Both the position numbers and the translations under genes were made by a program. From contig OZ024740.1 of NCBI GenBank assembly GCA_964016885.1, forward strand, positions 420,670,001-420,734,000: a stretch of DNA of 64,000 bases, written 5' to 3'. The stretch comes from Eledone cirrhosa. Lineage: Eukaryota. Positions 1-12,165 of this stretch are shown piece after piece (the first letter of the stretch is position 1; the number at the start of each line of letters is the position of its first letter). Below the pieces are notes generated by a model. It saw only the letters and a program-made list of their open reading frames with translations. It had not been told where the DNA came from and did no database searches.

Positions 1-182
1 TGTGTGTGTGTGTGTGTGCGCGTGTATGTATATATTTGAAAATGGGGTAAGGTTCTATACAAAACAGAGGTGATAGAAAAAAAACGTAAGAATGGGAAAA
101 GTACGGAAATATATTTAAAGAATCTTTTCTTTGATCCGTCAAAGTGACATTATCGAAAAAAGGACTTTTATAAAGTATATAA

Positions 183-218
183 AATATAACCGGTTTCGAT
201 GTAATTTTATCAAATATT
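183..218 (-). ncRNA. Degenerate minimal type I hammerhead ribozyme (U3-A8 core variant)
   Basis: Minus strand reads aatat-TTGATAA-aattacatc-GAAA-CCGG-TT-atatt. Stem I is 5 bp, stem III is palindromic (ACCGGT), stem II is weak. An inverted partial copy lies at 496-524. Confidence 0.4.
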
Positions 219-549
219 AAATATTACAATTTAAATTTTAAAAAGAATTAAAAATTAAGTGTTGGACTGTTCTTATTTCATGCTGGTTATATATATAACT
301 TTATTTATATGCTTTGTAAAATAAAAATTGATTTATATTAAATCTAAAAAAGAATTAATGTTGCAATATTAAAGAAAATGTAAAGGAAGGGGTGAACAAC
401 CAGAGCCAACACCAGAGCAAAAGAATAGACAGCAGCGTCACGAAGAGTACTGGGAAACCTCTCTAATGATTTTTGAGGCAAGCCAGCAGATTTAGATTTA
501 AATTGTAATATTTAATATTTGATACCAGTAATGTTTTATATACATTGAA

Positions 550-590
<41 letters not shown>

Positions 591-1042
591 AAGTATGTAT
601 ACGTACATACATATATGTATACAGACGTACAGTAGTATGTATATATATATACATACATGCACACATATATATATATATATATGTACGTATGGATTCACCG
701 AACATTTATTATAATGCTCGGTGTGTTTGTAAACAAACATCCCGTATTAAGCCGTACAGTGTCTAGCAACAATCGTTGTTCATTTGTTCAACACTGACAA
801 AGGAACGCTGTACTAGTTTCAAGCTTATTAGCTATCGTCATATACATATATGTATATACATACTTATATTTAAGTAACAGCCGTACTAAGAGTGTGAAAT
901 GAAATTTCGTTTCATTTTTTCCGTTTATCGTTTTCGGTACCCCGGCCCATTAACTCACTCGATATCCAAATTAGGCTGCTCAGCTGTTAATATGCATAAG
1001 GAAAGTATATACTTTCAGACGTTCAATCATCTGGCAGGAAGG

Positions 1043-1091
1043 TATACGTTGCTGACGATAGCTAATAAGCTTGAAACTAGTACAGCGTGTA
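1043..1091 (+). ncRNA. Minimal type I hammerhead ribozyme
   Basis: tatacgttg-CTGACGA-tagctaataagctt-GAAA-CTAG-TA-cagcgtgta. Stem I is 9 bp (two G-U), stem II agct/agct with a U-U at the 10.1/11.1 position, stem III palindromic ACTAGT. Predicted cleavage after GUA at 1082. Inverted partial copy at 805-840. Confidence 0.75.
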
Positions 1092-1831
1092 TAAGGCTAT
1101 ACATTTCAGACAACGCTAAGAGAATTTTAAAAGTGACTGTCCAGCTACACGTGGGAGAGAGAAGTCACAGCGTGTTTAAGGGCAGTGAACCAGTGGCCTC
1201 TGAGGGACGAGCTGCTAGAAAGGGCAGCCCCAAACCACTCAGAGAAGTGTGTTCAACCAAACAGAGGGATAGGAAAGACTGTTATAAGGAGAAAAATATC
1301 ACGATAAATTAACAGAGCCATAGAGCCTCACCATTCCCTGTAAATAATGTGCTCAGAGAAGAAATCCTGAGCTCTTTAAAATACAATATGTTGAAAAGGT
1401 AACACACCAGAGAGAGATATACAGTGCGCTATCAATAAAACAAGGAAAAAACCAGCAGTGTATGGAATCTATAACCTATGAAAGGCAGACTATAATTAAA
1501 ACACGATAATTAAAAATATAAATTAAAGCGTAAATAAATACCTCTATAACTATATAACACACGTACAAATCCAAAGACATCTGATCGCCAGTAAGTTGTT
1601 GACAGAAATGGAATAACCCCGGTTCCTCAGTTTCAGACAACACTAAGAGAATTTTAGCGCCAAACTTTTCCTTTTGAAAGAAAAATGGCGCCAAACTTTT
1701 CCTTTTGAAAGAATAATGTGATTTGTCACGTGATTGTGTTCACGTGATATTACCTCTAAATATTTGAATACGTACACAGCATTCTCGTCACGAAGGGCGA
1801 GAGTGACAATCGCGCAAACATATATACATAT

Positions 1832-1926
<95 letters not shown>

Positions 1927-1929
<3 letters not shown>

Positions 1930-2114
1930 AAAGTTATATTTAAATTGTTGTAAGTCAACATGAATGGATCTGTTATTTTTATCTAAAGACATTTTTTCCA
2001 ATTCCAAATCTATCTATCGTCCGAAACGGCATAGCATATTGTTAATATGTTATCCCTGAAATATATATAATGAAATAAATATGGTTTTATAAATATAGTT
2101 TCCATTTATTTAAT

Positions 2115-2120
<6 letters not shown>
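1927..2120. mobile_element. Truncated and partly inverted copy of the hammerhead-bearing element at 62227-62596
   Basis: 2028-2120 matches 62416-62508, and 1927-1951 is the reverse complement of ~62571-62595. Flanked by (TA)n. Confidence 0.7.
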
Positions 2121-2159
<39 letters not shown>

Positions 2160-2452
2160 GCAGAAACACACACATACAATAACGACTAGTACTACGATTC
2201 TGGAGGAGCGAATGATGGAGAATATGAAGCTCTCTGTCGCAGAATAAATGGTATTTAATTTTAATAATAATATATATATATACATATATATATATAATAT
2301 ATATATTTCTTAATTGAATTGATTATCATTATCGTTTTTATGGCAAAAGATAGACAGAGAGGAAAAGAGATAGACAGAGGGAAAGATTTTGACATATATA
2401 TATATATATATATATAATATAAGATCAAAAGATGGTTAAAGGAGTTCCATAT

Positions 2453-2521
2453 ATTTTATTATGCGCATTTCAAAAACAAACATCATCAAGCAATAATATT
2501 TGTGTTTTCATCAGATAAAAC
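2453..2521 (-). ncRNA. Mirror copy of the hammerhead ribozyme in the left palindrome arm
   Basis: Reverse complement of 2644-2712. Confidence 0.83.
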
Positions 2522-2643
2522 AGGAGAACATGATATGAAGGCTAAAAAAACACTCGTTGATAGTGCAGTTTTAAATCAACATATGTTGATTTAAAACTGC
2601 ACTATCAACAAGTGTTTTTTTAGCCTTCATATCATGTTCTCCT

Positions 2644-2712
2644 GTTTTATCTGATGAAAACACAAATATTATTGCTTGATGATGTTTGTTTTTGAAATGC
2701 GCATAATAAAAT
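2644..2712 (+). ncRNA. Minimal type I hammerhead ribozyme in the right arm of a 338-bp palindrome
   Basis: gttttat-CTGATGA-[aaacacaaatatta...tgatgtttgttttt]-GAAA-TGCGCA-TA-ataaaat. Stem III is palindromic (ATGCGCAT). Predicted cleavage after AUA at 2705. Confidence 0.85.
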
Positions 2713-3208
2713 ATATGGAACTCCTTTAACCATCTTTTGATCTTATATTATGCATACTCCAGTCCCACAAACTGTAGAGTGCTTCTTATCCGATATCTGC
2801 ATTGCTTTATTGTACTACAATAAAACTCACCTCCTACATATATATATATATATATATATATATGATAGAAAGAAGAGAAAAAAACGAGACCCTTAGAAAC
2901 GAATAAGAGTCATCAAAGCGATCATATGTATTGCTTTAAACTGTAATGCGAAGGGATACACTAGTATTTGAGGTACCATCATTTGGGGTTTTAACCCTCG
3001 GACTTTTCCCTCCCGGTTTTGAAATTTAGGGAAAATTTAGGGGTGACTGGGAATATTACATAATGTAGGGATTTTCTTTTTTTTTTCTATCATTTCTTAT
3101 TTATATATTTATTTATCTACTCTCGTGATTGATATTCCGACAAATGTTAGGGGTGTATTTTGGTTTTTTATTATGTCAGGTATAGCATCCAAAAATTTCT
3201 CCCTTCCC

Positions 3209-3266
<58 letters not shown>

Positions 3267-3268
3267 AA

Positions 3269-3347
3269 CACAGTGTCCCAAAAAATGTATACACACTTCA
3301 ACAGCAAAGTAATCAAAGTGTGTATATATTTTGGAGTGGACACCGTG
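3269..3347. mobile_element. Very short Tc1/mariner-type MITE remnant
   Basis: Imperfect ~30-bp inverted ends cacagtgtcccaaaaaatgtatacacactt / aagtgtgtatatattttggagtggacaccgtg in a TA microsatellite. Confidence 0.5.
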
Positions 3348-3349
3348 TG

Positions 3350-3380
<31 letters not shown>

Positions 3381-3689
3381 ATGTGTAACTAGTAAAACTG
3401 TAAAGACGCAGCGGTATATTCTATTTTCATTTAAGTAACTCCACTTACGCGTGGTAGTAATACAGAAATAAACGATGTTTTGCTTTCATCGGCTGCTTCG
3501 ACTGACAGCTTATAGAGTTGTAGTGCCTATTATATTGCTAAAAGTCAACGTATTCGTAATTTTTTTAATGACAGGATAAAATTTGAAGGAGATTTGATTA
3601 CTATTTCTAGCAGGTCGAGTAACTGTGTACAGTCTTGTCTTGTGCTCAGGTCACCCTCTCGACTGGCGTTAGTTACAGCATAGATTTAC

Positions 3690-4445
3690 TGAGGTGTCAG
3701 GTGATGCTCCAGGTGAAGGTGTTTGGCTGTTTCAGCGCCTTAGCCTCGCCATCATCCATGGTAATGCTGCCAGTGTGTTAGCTTGCCTCAAAATATTCCG
3801 TTAACCCTTGTGATGTAATGTGAGGCCAATTGTCGCACTTGGTGGCGAATTTTGTTTCCCTCCCCTTTTTCTTTCTTCTGTCTCGCTCTGGTCATATATT
3901 TTGTTGTGTTGTATTTGTGAGATTCTATCAATAGTTGATTTTATTTGATATGTGTGTTTATATTTGTGTTTATCAACGACATTATATTTGTAATCTTATT
4001 TATACAACTGTCAATAAAAAGTTACACACATTTAAAAACTAATAAGGTTTGGGGTGAAGCTCTCCAGCAATGGAGTGAGTTGGGCTTGTCTCTTCCTGAG
4101 AAGGTGGAGGACAGTCGAATTCAGAGAACTTGGGACAGCATAAGTTCGAAGGCCACCTTCGAATCTCTCCTCGTCCAGTTGGATCAGTTTGCAAGGTGCC
4201 GCTTACTATCTGCCAGCGCCAAATACTCAGGCGACTGGGTTGATGCCCTACCTGTGGCCAACGTTGGTGGCCTACTCAGCCTGGACGAACTTCATGTCTC
4301 CATCGCCCTCAGAGTGAGAACTGACGTCTGCATGGGTTTGAGGTGCCGATGCGGCAAACTCCTCGACTCCACAGGCCTCCACGGTCTTTCTTGCCGTCTG
4401 AATGCCGGCCACTTCGCGCGTCACACAGAGCTAAACCTCATTCTC
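3690..4445 (+). mobile_element. CRE-like (restriction-like endonuclease) non-LTR retrotransposon fragments
   Basis: Remnant peptides WLFQRLSLAIIHGNAASVL (C-terminus, followed by 3' UTR) and CRCGKLLDSTGLHGLSCRLNAGHFARH (zinc-knuckle region), in rearranged order. Confidence 0.7.
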
Positions 4446-5159
4446 CTTACAGGGTCGATGAAATAAAGTAGCAGTAATGTACTGGGTAATTGTTGGCCTT
4501 GTGCCAAAAGTAGAAACAATTAATTAGTCAACTTGATTATATAGTGTGAGAGCTTTGTGTGGTAGTTAGATCTGTTAGAAAGAGCAGCCAAATTTCCTTT
4601 AAATCATACCCTAATGTCTCATTTAAGTATATACTGGTTCATATGAAACAAAAAGGAAAACTTATATATGATAATTCGACCTGCTAAAAATATTAGCACA
4701 ATCATCCTCAAAACACTGCTGACTATCATGTGTGAGTGTGCGTGTGTTCGTGCGCTCATGTGTGCATACGTGTGTGTGTGTGAATGCGCTCCTGTGTGTA
4801 TATGTGTGAGTGTGTGTGTGCTTGCATGTATGCATGAAATCTTCACTCGGATCGGCATTCCATCCATTCGAGGTCCATAAAAAAAGGACCAGTCAAATAC
4901 TAGGGTTGATTCTTCCTCTATATTTAAACTGTTATTTATACAACTGCGAATAAAAATATTGAAAAGTTAAGTATCCGAAGAGTTGCGTCCCTTTGACCAA
5001 TGTAATCTTCACTGCGTAATTGTCTCCATTTGTAGAAATATTGTTTCTAGACCAGGTAGAATGAATTGTTGCAGCTTAGACAATTTATTTGTTCATTTTT
5101 TTTAAATTATAATAATCAGTTTTTGCCCAAATAGCATTACAAATTACGTAAAAAAAGGA

Positions 5160-5737
5160 CACTGCTTGAATTTGAACAGCGCATAGCAACCAACCCTGAC
5201 AATAAAGTGTTCTAGAAATATGTACATCCAAAACAGAGACCTCACTCTCCAGTTGGTCCTCTTTGTAATCCCCACACAAGCCAGATTACTGACAATCCCA
5301 AAGAATGCGCAGAACTCATTGCTGAATGCTATGCAGGCATTTTTACTGTTGAAAACCAAAACGTACCATATCTACTACTTCTGACCTCAAATTCTATAAC
5401 AACTATGGAATTTACAACTGAAATGCTGCGACGTCACCTTAAGAATAAGTTCAACTATGCCTCTCCTGATTTTGATGGTGTTACGTACCTGCTTCTGAAA
5501 CGTGGTGGATACTTTCTTCTGCACCAGCTTTCACTCTTTTTTCAATTCTGTCTTAACAACAGTGTTACTCCGGAGCAGTGGTAAACTGCCAGTGTCATTC
5601 CTCTGTTCCCAAAGGGTGACTGTACGTTGCCTGTCAACTATCGTTCAGTCAATTTTACTAGCTGCATCGCCAAACTGATGGAACCCTGTGTCAGAGAAAC
5701 ATACTGGAACTTCTGGAATTCTTACAGCCTTATCCGG
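5160..5737 (+). mobile_element. CR1/L2-group LINE internal fragment
   Basis: Near-identical to 10299-10876. Encodes the pre-RT region (..PLFPKGD..NYRSVNFTSCIAKLME). Confidence 0.8.
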
Positions 5738-5914
5738 CGCCTGCCTGTGGCGTTCGAGACATTTGGTGGAGCTGGGCCGCTGACAGCGAAGTTCTTGTCA
5801 TCGCTGGCGGCTCAACTTAATGAATGTGTTAAGTGATGCTTGTGAGGGTGCCTTAGCCTCACCCTCACCTGTCATAATGCTGCAAGCACACACATCTAGG
5901 ATCACATACAACAA

Positions 5915-6375
5915 AAGGCAGGTGAAAGGGGTGGACAACCGAGCCGCTACCAGAACAAAAGATATCAGTATCGCGAGGAGTACTTGGAAACCTCTCTAAT
6001 AATTTTTGAGGCAGCACGCTCGCAGCGTTACCTCGGGTGATGGCGAGGCTGGTGCGCTGAAACAACCAAGTGCCCTCACGAGCTTCACCAGTTACCTGTG
6101 GAAAGTGAGCCGCCAGTGAAGATAAGAACCTCGCTGTCAGTAACCCAACTTCCTTCAAACGTCTCGAACGCCATAGGCTGGAAAATGTAGTTAGCCGACA
6201 GATCACGGTATTTTAGGATTTTGTTCCTTTCGGCTGTGTAAGCTGTAGTTCTCGCCCTAACCACAGCATCCAGGATGTGGGAAGAAGCAAAAGAGTCACT
6301 AACTGTGACGTCCCAGACGAGGCACCTGCCTTTGACCAGGTGCACAGGGTAAGGCCGTCAGGTCTTTTCCCATCA
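5915..6375 (-). mobile_element. CRE-like element 3' end (RLE domain), frameshifted
   Basis: RPDG, LVWDVTV, PMAFETF and WLFQRTSLAITRGNAASV motifs in overlapping frames. Related 3' pieces at 385-489 (-), 5740-5885 (+) and 9110-9330 (+). Confidence 0.72.
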
Positions 6376-7112
6376 AGTCAGCAGCGATTTGCATTGGACA
6401 AAGAATGTCTCTAAAATTGTCAAGAAGGCCGAGGGTGTCTTAGCATCACTCAGCAAGACCTTTGTCAGCCGCTCTCCAGCTATCTATTTAAAGCTGTATA
6501 TAGCTATGGTGCGGCCACATTTAGAATTTGCATCACCAGTCTGGAACCCCTATCTGGCTCAGAACATTGACCGCCTGGAAACTGTTCAGAGACGTGCAAC
6601 CAAGCAAATACCCTCCACGAGGCATCTACCAAACTCTGAACGCCTTACTTCCCTGGGCATAGCTACATTGAAGCTCCAACGTCTGGTAACTGACTTGGAA
6701 ACACCTACAAAATTATTAACCATCTTGCCAACCACAACCCTGAGTACCTTTTTGATTTCCATGTGTCTAACACACGTGGGTATGCCAACAAAGTCAGAAA
6801 ACAGCACAGCTCCCATGACTTTCGGAAACCTTTTTTTTCACGCTCAGAGTTGCTGAAGCATGGAACAAACTCCCTGCATCAGTTGTTAGCTGTCGAGACA
6901 CTGCATCCTTTAAAACCTCCATGCTTCCTGAGATTTGCCAACACTACACCTGATATCCCCCCCTCTCCATACACACGCACACATGTATATCATGACTCAT
7001 ACACTATTCACTTCCCTAACATTTGTACATTATTCTATGTACTATACCTGCATCTTTGATGAGTTGTAGTGCACCTGAGCATTGTACATAATAATCTCAT
7101 TATTATTATTAT
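6376..7112 (+). mobile_element. CR1-like LINE 3' end
   Basis: YIAMVRPHLEFASPVWNPY...LETVQRRATK, NTRG..K and WNKLP motifs, then a 3' UTR ending in (ATT)n. Confidence 0.85.
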
Positions 7113-7114
7113 TT

Positions 7115-9020
7115 GGATAACGGTTCCAAAATTGAGGGGATGTTTGCCTGGGCCAAATCTCTCTTGAAGATGAGGTTTAGCTTCGTATGGCACAGGAATT
7201 GACCGGCATTCAGGCGGCAAGAAAGACCATGGAGGCCTGTGAAGTCGAGGAGTTTGCTACATCGACACCTCAGACCCGTACAGATGTCGGCTCCCACTCC
7301 AAGGGCAATGGAGACACGAAGCTCGTCCAAGCTGAGTAGGCCACCAACGTTAGGACATCAACCCAGTCACCTGAGTATTTGGCACTGGCAGACAGTAAGC
7401 GGCACCTTGAAAACTGATCTGACTGGTCGAAGAGAGAGTCAAAGGTGGCCCTCGAATGTATGCTGTCCCAAGCTCTCTGACTTCGACTGTCCTCCACCTT
7501 CTCAAGAACAGACAAGCCCAACTCACTCCATCCAACTCCCTGTTGGAATTAGTCCATGTTGGAGAGGAGAGGATGTTGCTCATCAGGATGGAGCAAGCGT
7601 GGATGAAGGAAAGGAAGCAAGGGAGAGAGGGGGATGAACATTTACGAAGACGGGACTCTGGAGAGAGTCTGACATTTACTAGGCATTCGAGTCTCTTGAA
7701 GATTAGGTCATCGAAGCATTGGAGGAAATCTGTGAGAAGGGCTGACCCTGAGCATACGTAGAAGCTTAGGAATCGAAAGGTAGTTTCTGAGTATGAAAAA
7801 TCCTTGATGGGGTTCGATTGCCTCACTATTCTTCAACAATTACTCAAAGCCAACCATCTTCAATTGGAAGATTAATTCGAAGACAGGGTCTGTAATTGAT
7901 GTTTCTAAGGAGGAGTAAGCCTACGGGGAGGGACCACAATGGAAGGGAACGACTCTGTAAACAGGTCAATTGTCTGTTGATGTTGAGAAGCCGGGTGGTT
8001 GAGTATCCAGAGCTATTGACCTGGAGACCCAGACAGCCAAGCTCCTCAACCATTTTGTTAGCAGACCTTGAGGTCCAAGTCAACCCCATTGGTTTTAATG
8101 AGACCAAATAATTTTGCATCGAAGATCAATGGGCGGATATAGGAAAGAACGTTCACTGAAGAGAACTGATTCACAAACTCTCCAAGAGCTTGAGTCCGGC
8201 GTCACAGGAGGATAAGGAGATACTATCCTTGAGATGCTGAGGTCGAAGGTCATCAATCTCCACACCTGAACCAGCGGGGAAGGATGAAATCACCTTTCTG
8301 ATGTTATCAGTGATGCATGGCTTAGTGGTTAGAGCATTGGGCGTGCAACCGGAAGTTGTGAGTTCGATTCTCGGACCGGGTGAGGTGCTGTGTCCTTGAA
8401 CAAGATACTTTATTTCACTTTGTTCCAGTTTATTCAGCTGTAGAAATGAGTTACAACTTCACTGGTGCCAAGCTGTATCGGCTATTGCCTTTCCCTTGGA
8501 CATCATCGGTGGCATATAGAAGGGAGTCTGGGTAAGCAGCATTGGTTCTAACTGTGGGACTAGAATGGAGATTGGGTGGTGCTGGGGCTGGCCTAACAGA
8601 TGTAGCAGTGGTGGGGTTGGCAGGGTTAATTCCGTTTGGAACCTGCGGTGGAGAGGAGGGGGAGAGGTGGAGACAAGTTAGCTCCTCTCGTGGGGGAGAA
8701 TGAGAGGTCAAAGTCGTTCCACGAAGGAGGTCTCTGGGTCGTTCGACACATGCCTCCGCCACCTAGAGTGGATTAGGTTAAAGTGGAGGCAACTTTATTG
8801 ATCAGCAGTCGCCGGCGATAGGTCGATCAAAACATCGCGAGAATAACGGGTCTAGTGAGGACATAGGTGGGCTGTTTGTGAGGGTGAAGTTAGGGGTAAG
8901 CGGGGGGAAGAATAGAAGGTGGAAAGAAGGGATAGGGGAGGATTTTGAGTGCGTGGATATGAGTGTGGACTTGTGAAAGGCAGGTAAATACTGTGGAAGA
9001 GAAACAGCAATGAACATGCA
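7115..9020 (-). mobile_element. Decayed CRE-like element body, interrupted by a SINE at ~8312-8540
   Basis: CRCSKLLDFTGLHGLSCRLNAG and ARCRLLSASAKYSGDW-like peptides that are inverted paralogues of 4070-4440, with degenerate RT-like sequence upstream. The 5' boundary is uncertain. Confidence 0.6.
8312..8540 (+). mobile_element. tRNA-derived SINE with a CORE-like segment
   Basis: A-box TGGCTTAGTGG, B-box GAGTTCGATTC, then tgtgtccttgaacaagatacttt. Related minus-strand copies at ~12190-12470, 23425-23610 and 30365-30470. Confidence 0.75.
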
Positions 9021-10298
9021 AAAAGATGGAAAAAAACATTAGAAGAGAGGGGGGCGGGAGCCGTGAGGTATCCCCACCCCTATTATTGAAAAGAGGAAAA
9101 AGAAGTGAGCAATGTGTGATACCACTTGGTGATGAATTGATAGTCGTTTTTGTTTTTGTTTCCCCTTTTTTTCTTTCTCTCGCTCTGGTCGTATATTTTG
9201 GTGCGTTGTAATTGTAAGGTTCCTAGAAATAGGTAATTGTATTTATTATGTGTTTATATTTTCATTCTGAAAGAATTGTGAACAATTTGTTGTTATTTAT
9301 ACAACTGAATAAAATATTGAAAACAGTTAAAGATCTGCACAGTTGCGTCCCTTTGACCAATGTAATCTTCACTGCGCAATTATCTCCCTTGGTAGAAATA
9401 TTGTTTCTTGAGCCAGTTCCAAGTTGATCAGGTAGAATGAATTGTTGCTGTTTAGACAATTTATTTGTTCATTTTTTTTTAAATGCAATAATCAGTTTAT
9501 TGTCCAAATAAGATTACAAATTACGTAAATTACATTTATTTTAGTAAATAAAAAAGAAGTTATACAAAGACGGGAAAATGAAAAGGAAAGATAAAAACAA
9601 AATTAAGTAATGAGAAAAAGTGGGGAGAAGGTAAAGAAGGGCATATCTGGCTGTAGAGGAAAGGAGTATAAATGCCAGAGCTTGTACCCATGTTAAAAGG
9701 TGTTCTAACCATGATCATCTTGTTTTCTTTAAGTTAAGAGCTCTTCTAAATTTTTTAGTAGGGCTGTTATTTGGAGAAGATTTAGCTGTTATTTATAGCA
9801 GGTCGAATGGTCACACAGACTAAGATTGCTATTGATGACAGAATCAACAGAGTACCATACTCTGCAGTATCCAGTTATAATTCTTTACCTTCTGATTTTA
9901 AATCTCACCATATTTAACCTTGCTTTTCATTGCTCATGGTGGGGAAGTCAATTGATTTAGTTATATATCAGGCATGGCTATGTGATTAAAAAATTGAAAT
10001 TCATGAGGTCACTGGTTCTATCCCACTGCATGACATCATGAGAAAGAGAAAATGTCTTTACTATAGTCTTGTGTCAGTCATCCATGAGGTCACTAGCTCT
10101 ATCTCACTTCATGATATTTGTATAGCTTGATAGTTGAATTATGTTGAGCTGACAAGTCTATTGTAAAGATACTTTCTCAAGATGCCATGAAGTGAGACAG
10201 AGCCAGTGATCTCATGAATGACTGACACAAGACTATAGTATTGAAGCAAATTTTATTATCATATAACCATACCTGATATATATATTATCCAACCAAGG

Positions 10299-12165
10299 CA
10301 GTGCTTGAATTTGAACAGCGCATAGCAACCAACCCTGACAATAAAGTGTTCTAGAAATATGTACATCCAAAACAGAGACCTCACTCTCTAGTTTGTCCTC
10401 TTTGCAATCCCCACACAAGCCAGATTACTGACAATCCCAAAGAATGCACAGAACTCATTGCTGAATGCTATGCAGGCATTTTTACTGTTGAAAACCAAAA
10501 CGTACCATATCTACTACTTCTGACCTCAAATTCTATAACAACTATGGAATTTACAACTGAAATGCTGCGACGTCACCTTAAGAATAAGTTCAACTATGCC
10601 TCTCCTGATTTTGATGGTGTTACGTACCTGCTTCTGAAACGTGGTGGATACTTTCTTCTGCACCAGCTTTCACTCTTTTTTCAATTCTGTCTTAACAACA
10701 GTGTTACTCCGGAGCAGTGGTAAACTGCCAGTGTCATTCCTCTGTTCCCAAAGGGTGACTGTACGTTGCCTGTCAACTATCGTTCAGTCAATTTTACTAG
10801 CTGCATCGCCAAACTGATGGAACCCTGTGTCAGAGAAACATACTGGAACTTCTGGAATTCTTACAGCCTTATCCGGCCATCGCAATTTGCATTTATCCCT
10901 AACTCCAGCTGCTGTGATCAACTTACCGGATGACTGATGGCGGCTCATGGGTGGATGTTGTTTACCTTGTCTTTGCTAGAGCTTTTACTTCTGTGCCACA
11001 CAAAAGACTTATGGCAAAACTCTCTGCAATGGGTAACTGGTTGAAGTCCATCATTCTCAGTCAAAAAGAGGTAGTCATGGTTCTAGGACAGCATTCGTCA
11101 CAGTATGAGATGACATCTGGTGTACCACAGGGATCTGTTCTTGGTCCCCTTTTGTTTGTGGCATATATTAATGACATAGATACCAACTTAAAGAATGCTA
11201 CAGTACTGAAATATGCAGATGACATCAATCTGTACCTTGAGATAAAAAGGACAGATCCTGAACACTATAGACTTTTCCTGCAATCAGACCTAGACGCAAT
11301 ACAGCAATGGATCTCAGATGGCAGCTCAAGATGTCTGTGGACAAGTGTACCACCATGTATTTTGGGAGGAAAAATCCAGCGTCCACACACTCCCTCCAGA
11401 AGTCTTCTTGTAAACATGACCTGGGCATTACTGTCAGCAGCGATATGCATTGGATAAAGCACATCTCTAAAATTGTCAAGAAGGCCGAGGGTATCTTGGC
11501 ATCACTCAGCAAGATCTTTGTCAGCCGATCTCCAGCTATCTATTTAAAGCTTTATGTATATAGCTATGGTGCGGCCACACTTAGAATTTGCACCACCAGT
11601 CTGGAAGCTCTATCTTGCTCAGAACATTGACCTCCTGGAAATTGTTTAGAGATGTGCAACCAAGCGAATACCCTCCATCAGGCATCTACCATACTCTGAA
11701 CGCATTGCTTCCCTGGGCATGGATACATTGAAGCTCCAATGCCTGGCACTTGACTTGGTAAACACCCACAATATTATTAACCATCTTGCCAACAACAACT
11801 CTGAGCACCTTTTTGATTTCCATGTGTCTAACACCTGTGGACATGTCTACAAAGCCAGAAAACAGCACAGCTCCCATGACTTCTGGAAACATTTTTCCAC
11901 GCCAAAAGTTGCTGAGGCATGGAACAAACTACCTGCATCAGTTGTTAGCTGTCGAGACACTGCATCCTTTAAAACCTCCATGCTTCCTGAGATTTGTCAA
12001 CACTACACCTAATATTCCCCCTCCATACACACACGCACATGTATATCATTACTTATACACTGTTCACTTTCCTGACATTTGTACATTATTCTATGTACTA
12101 TACCTGCACCTTTAATGAGTTATAGTGCACCTGAGCACTGTAAACAATAATTTCATTATTATTAT
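10299..12165 (+). mobile_element. 5'-truncated, frameshifted CR1-like LINE (RT to 3' tail)
   Basis: SGVPQGSVLGPLLFVAYINDI and KYADD RT motifs, C-terminal WNKLP, (ATT)n tail. Confidence 0.88.

Larger units (their letters stand above)
2414..2838. mobile_element. Putative non-autonomous Penelope-like insertion in (TA)n with terminal foldback
   Basis: 2414-2751 is a palindrome (axis in CATATG, 2582/2583, one mismatch seen) containing hammerheads. It is followed by ~85 bp of unique sequence and is flanked by (TA)n on both sides. Confidence 0.6.

Noticed and set aside
899-1312. 137-aa ORF overlapping the first hammerhead island
   Set aside because: It has no recognisable domain, crosses a probable insertion junction, and shows no Penelope RT or GIY-YIG motifs.
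8312-8385. tRNA-like sequence with A and B boxes (also 12812-12905)
   Set aside because: It continues into SINE body sequence, occurs as several diverged copies and has no clean cloverleaf, so it is a SINE head rather than a tRNA gene.
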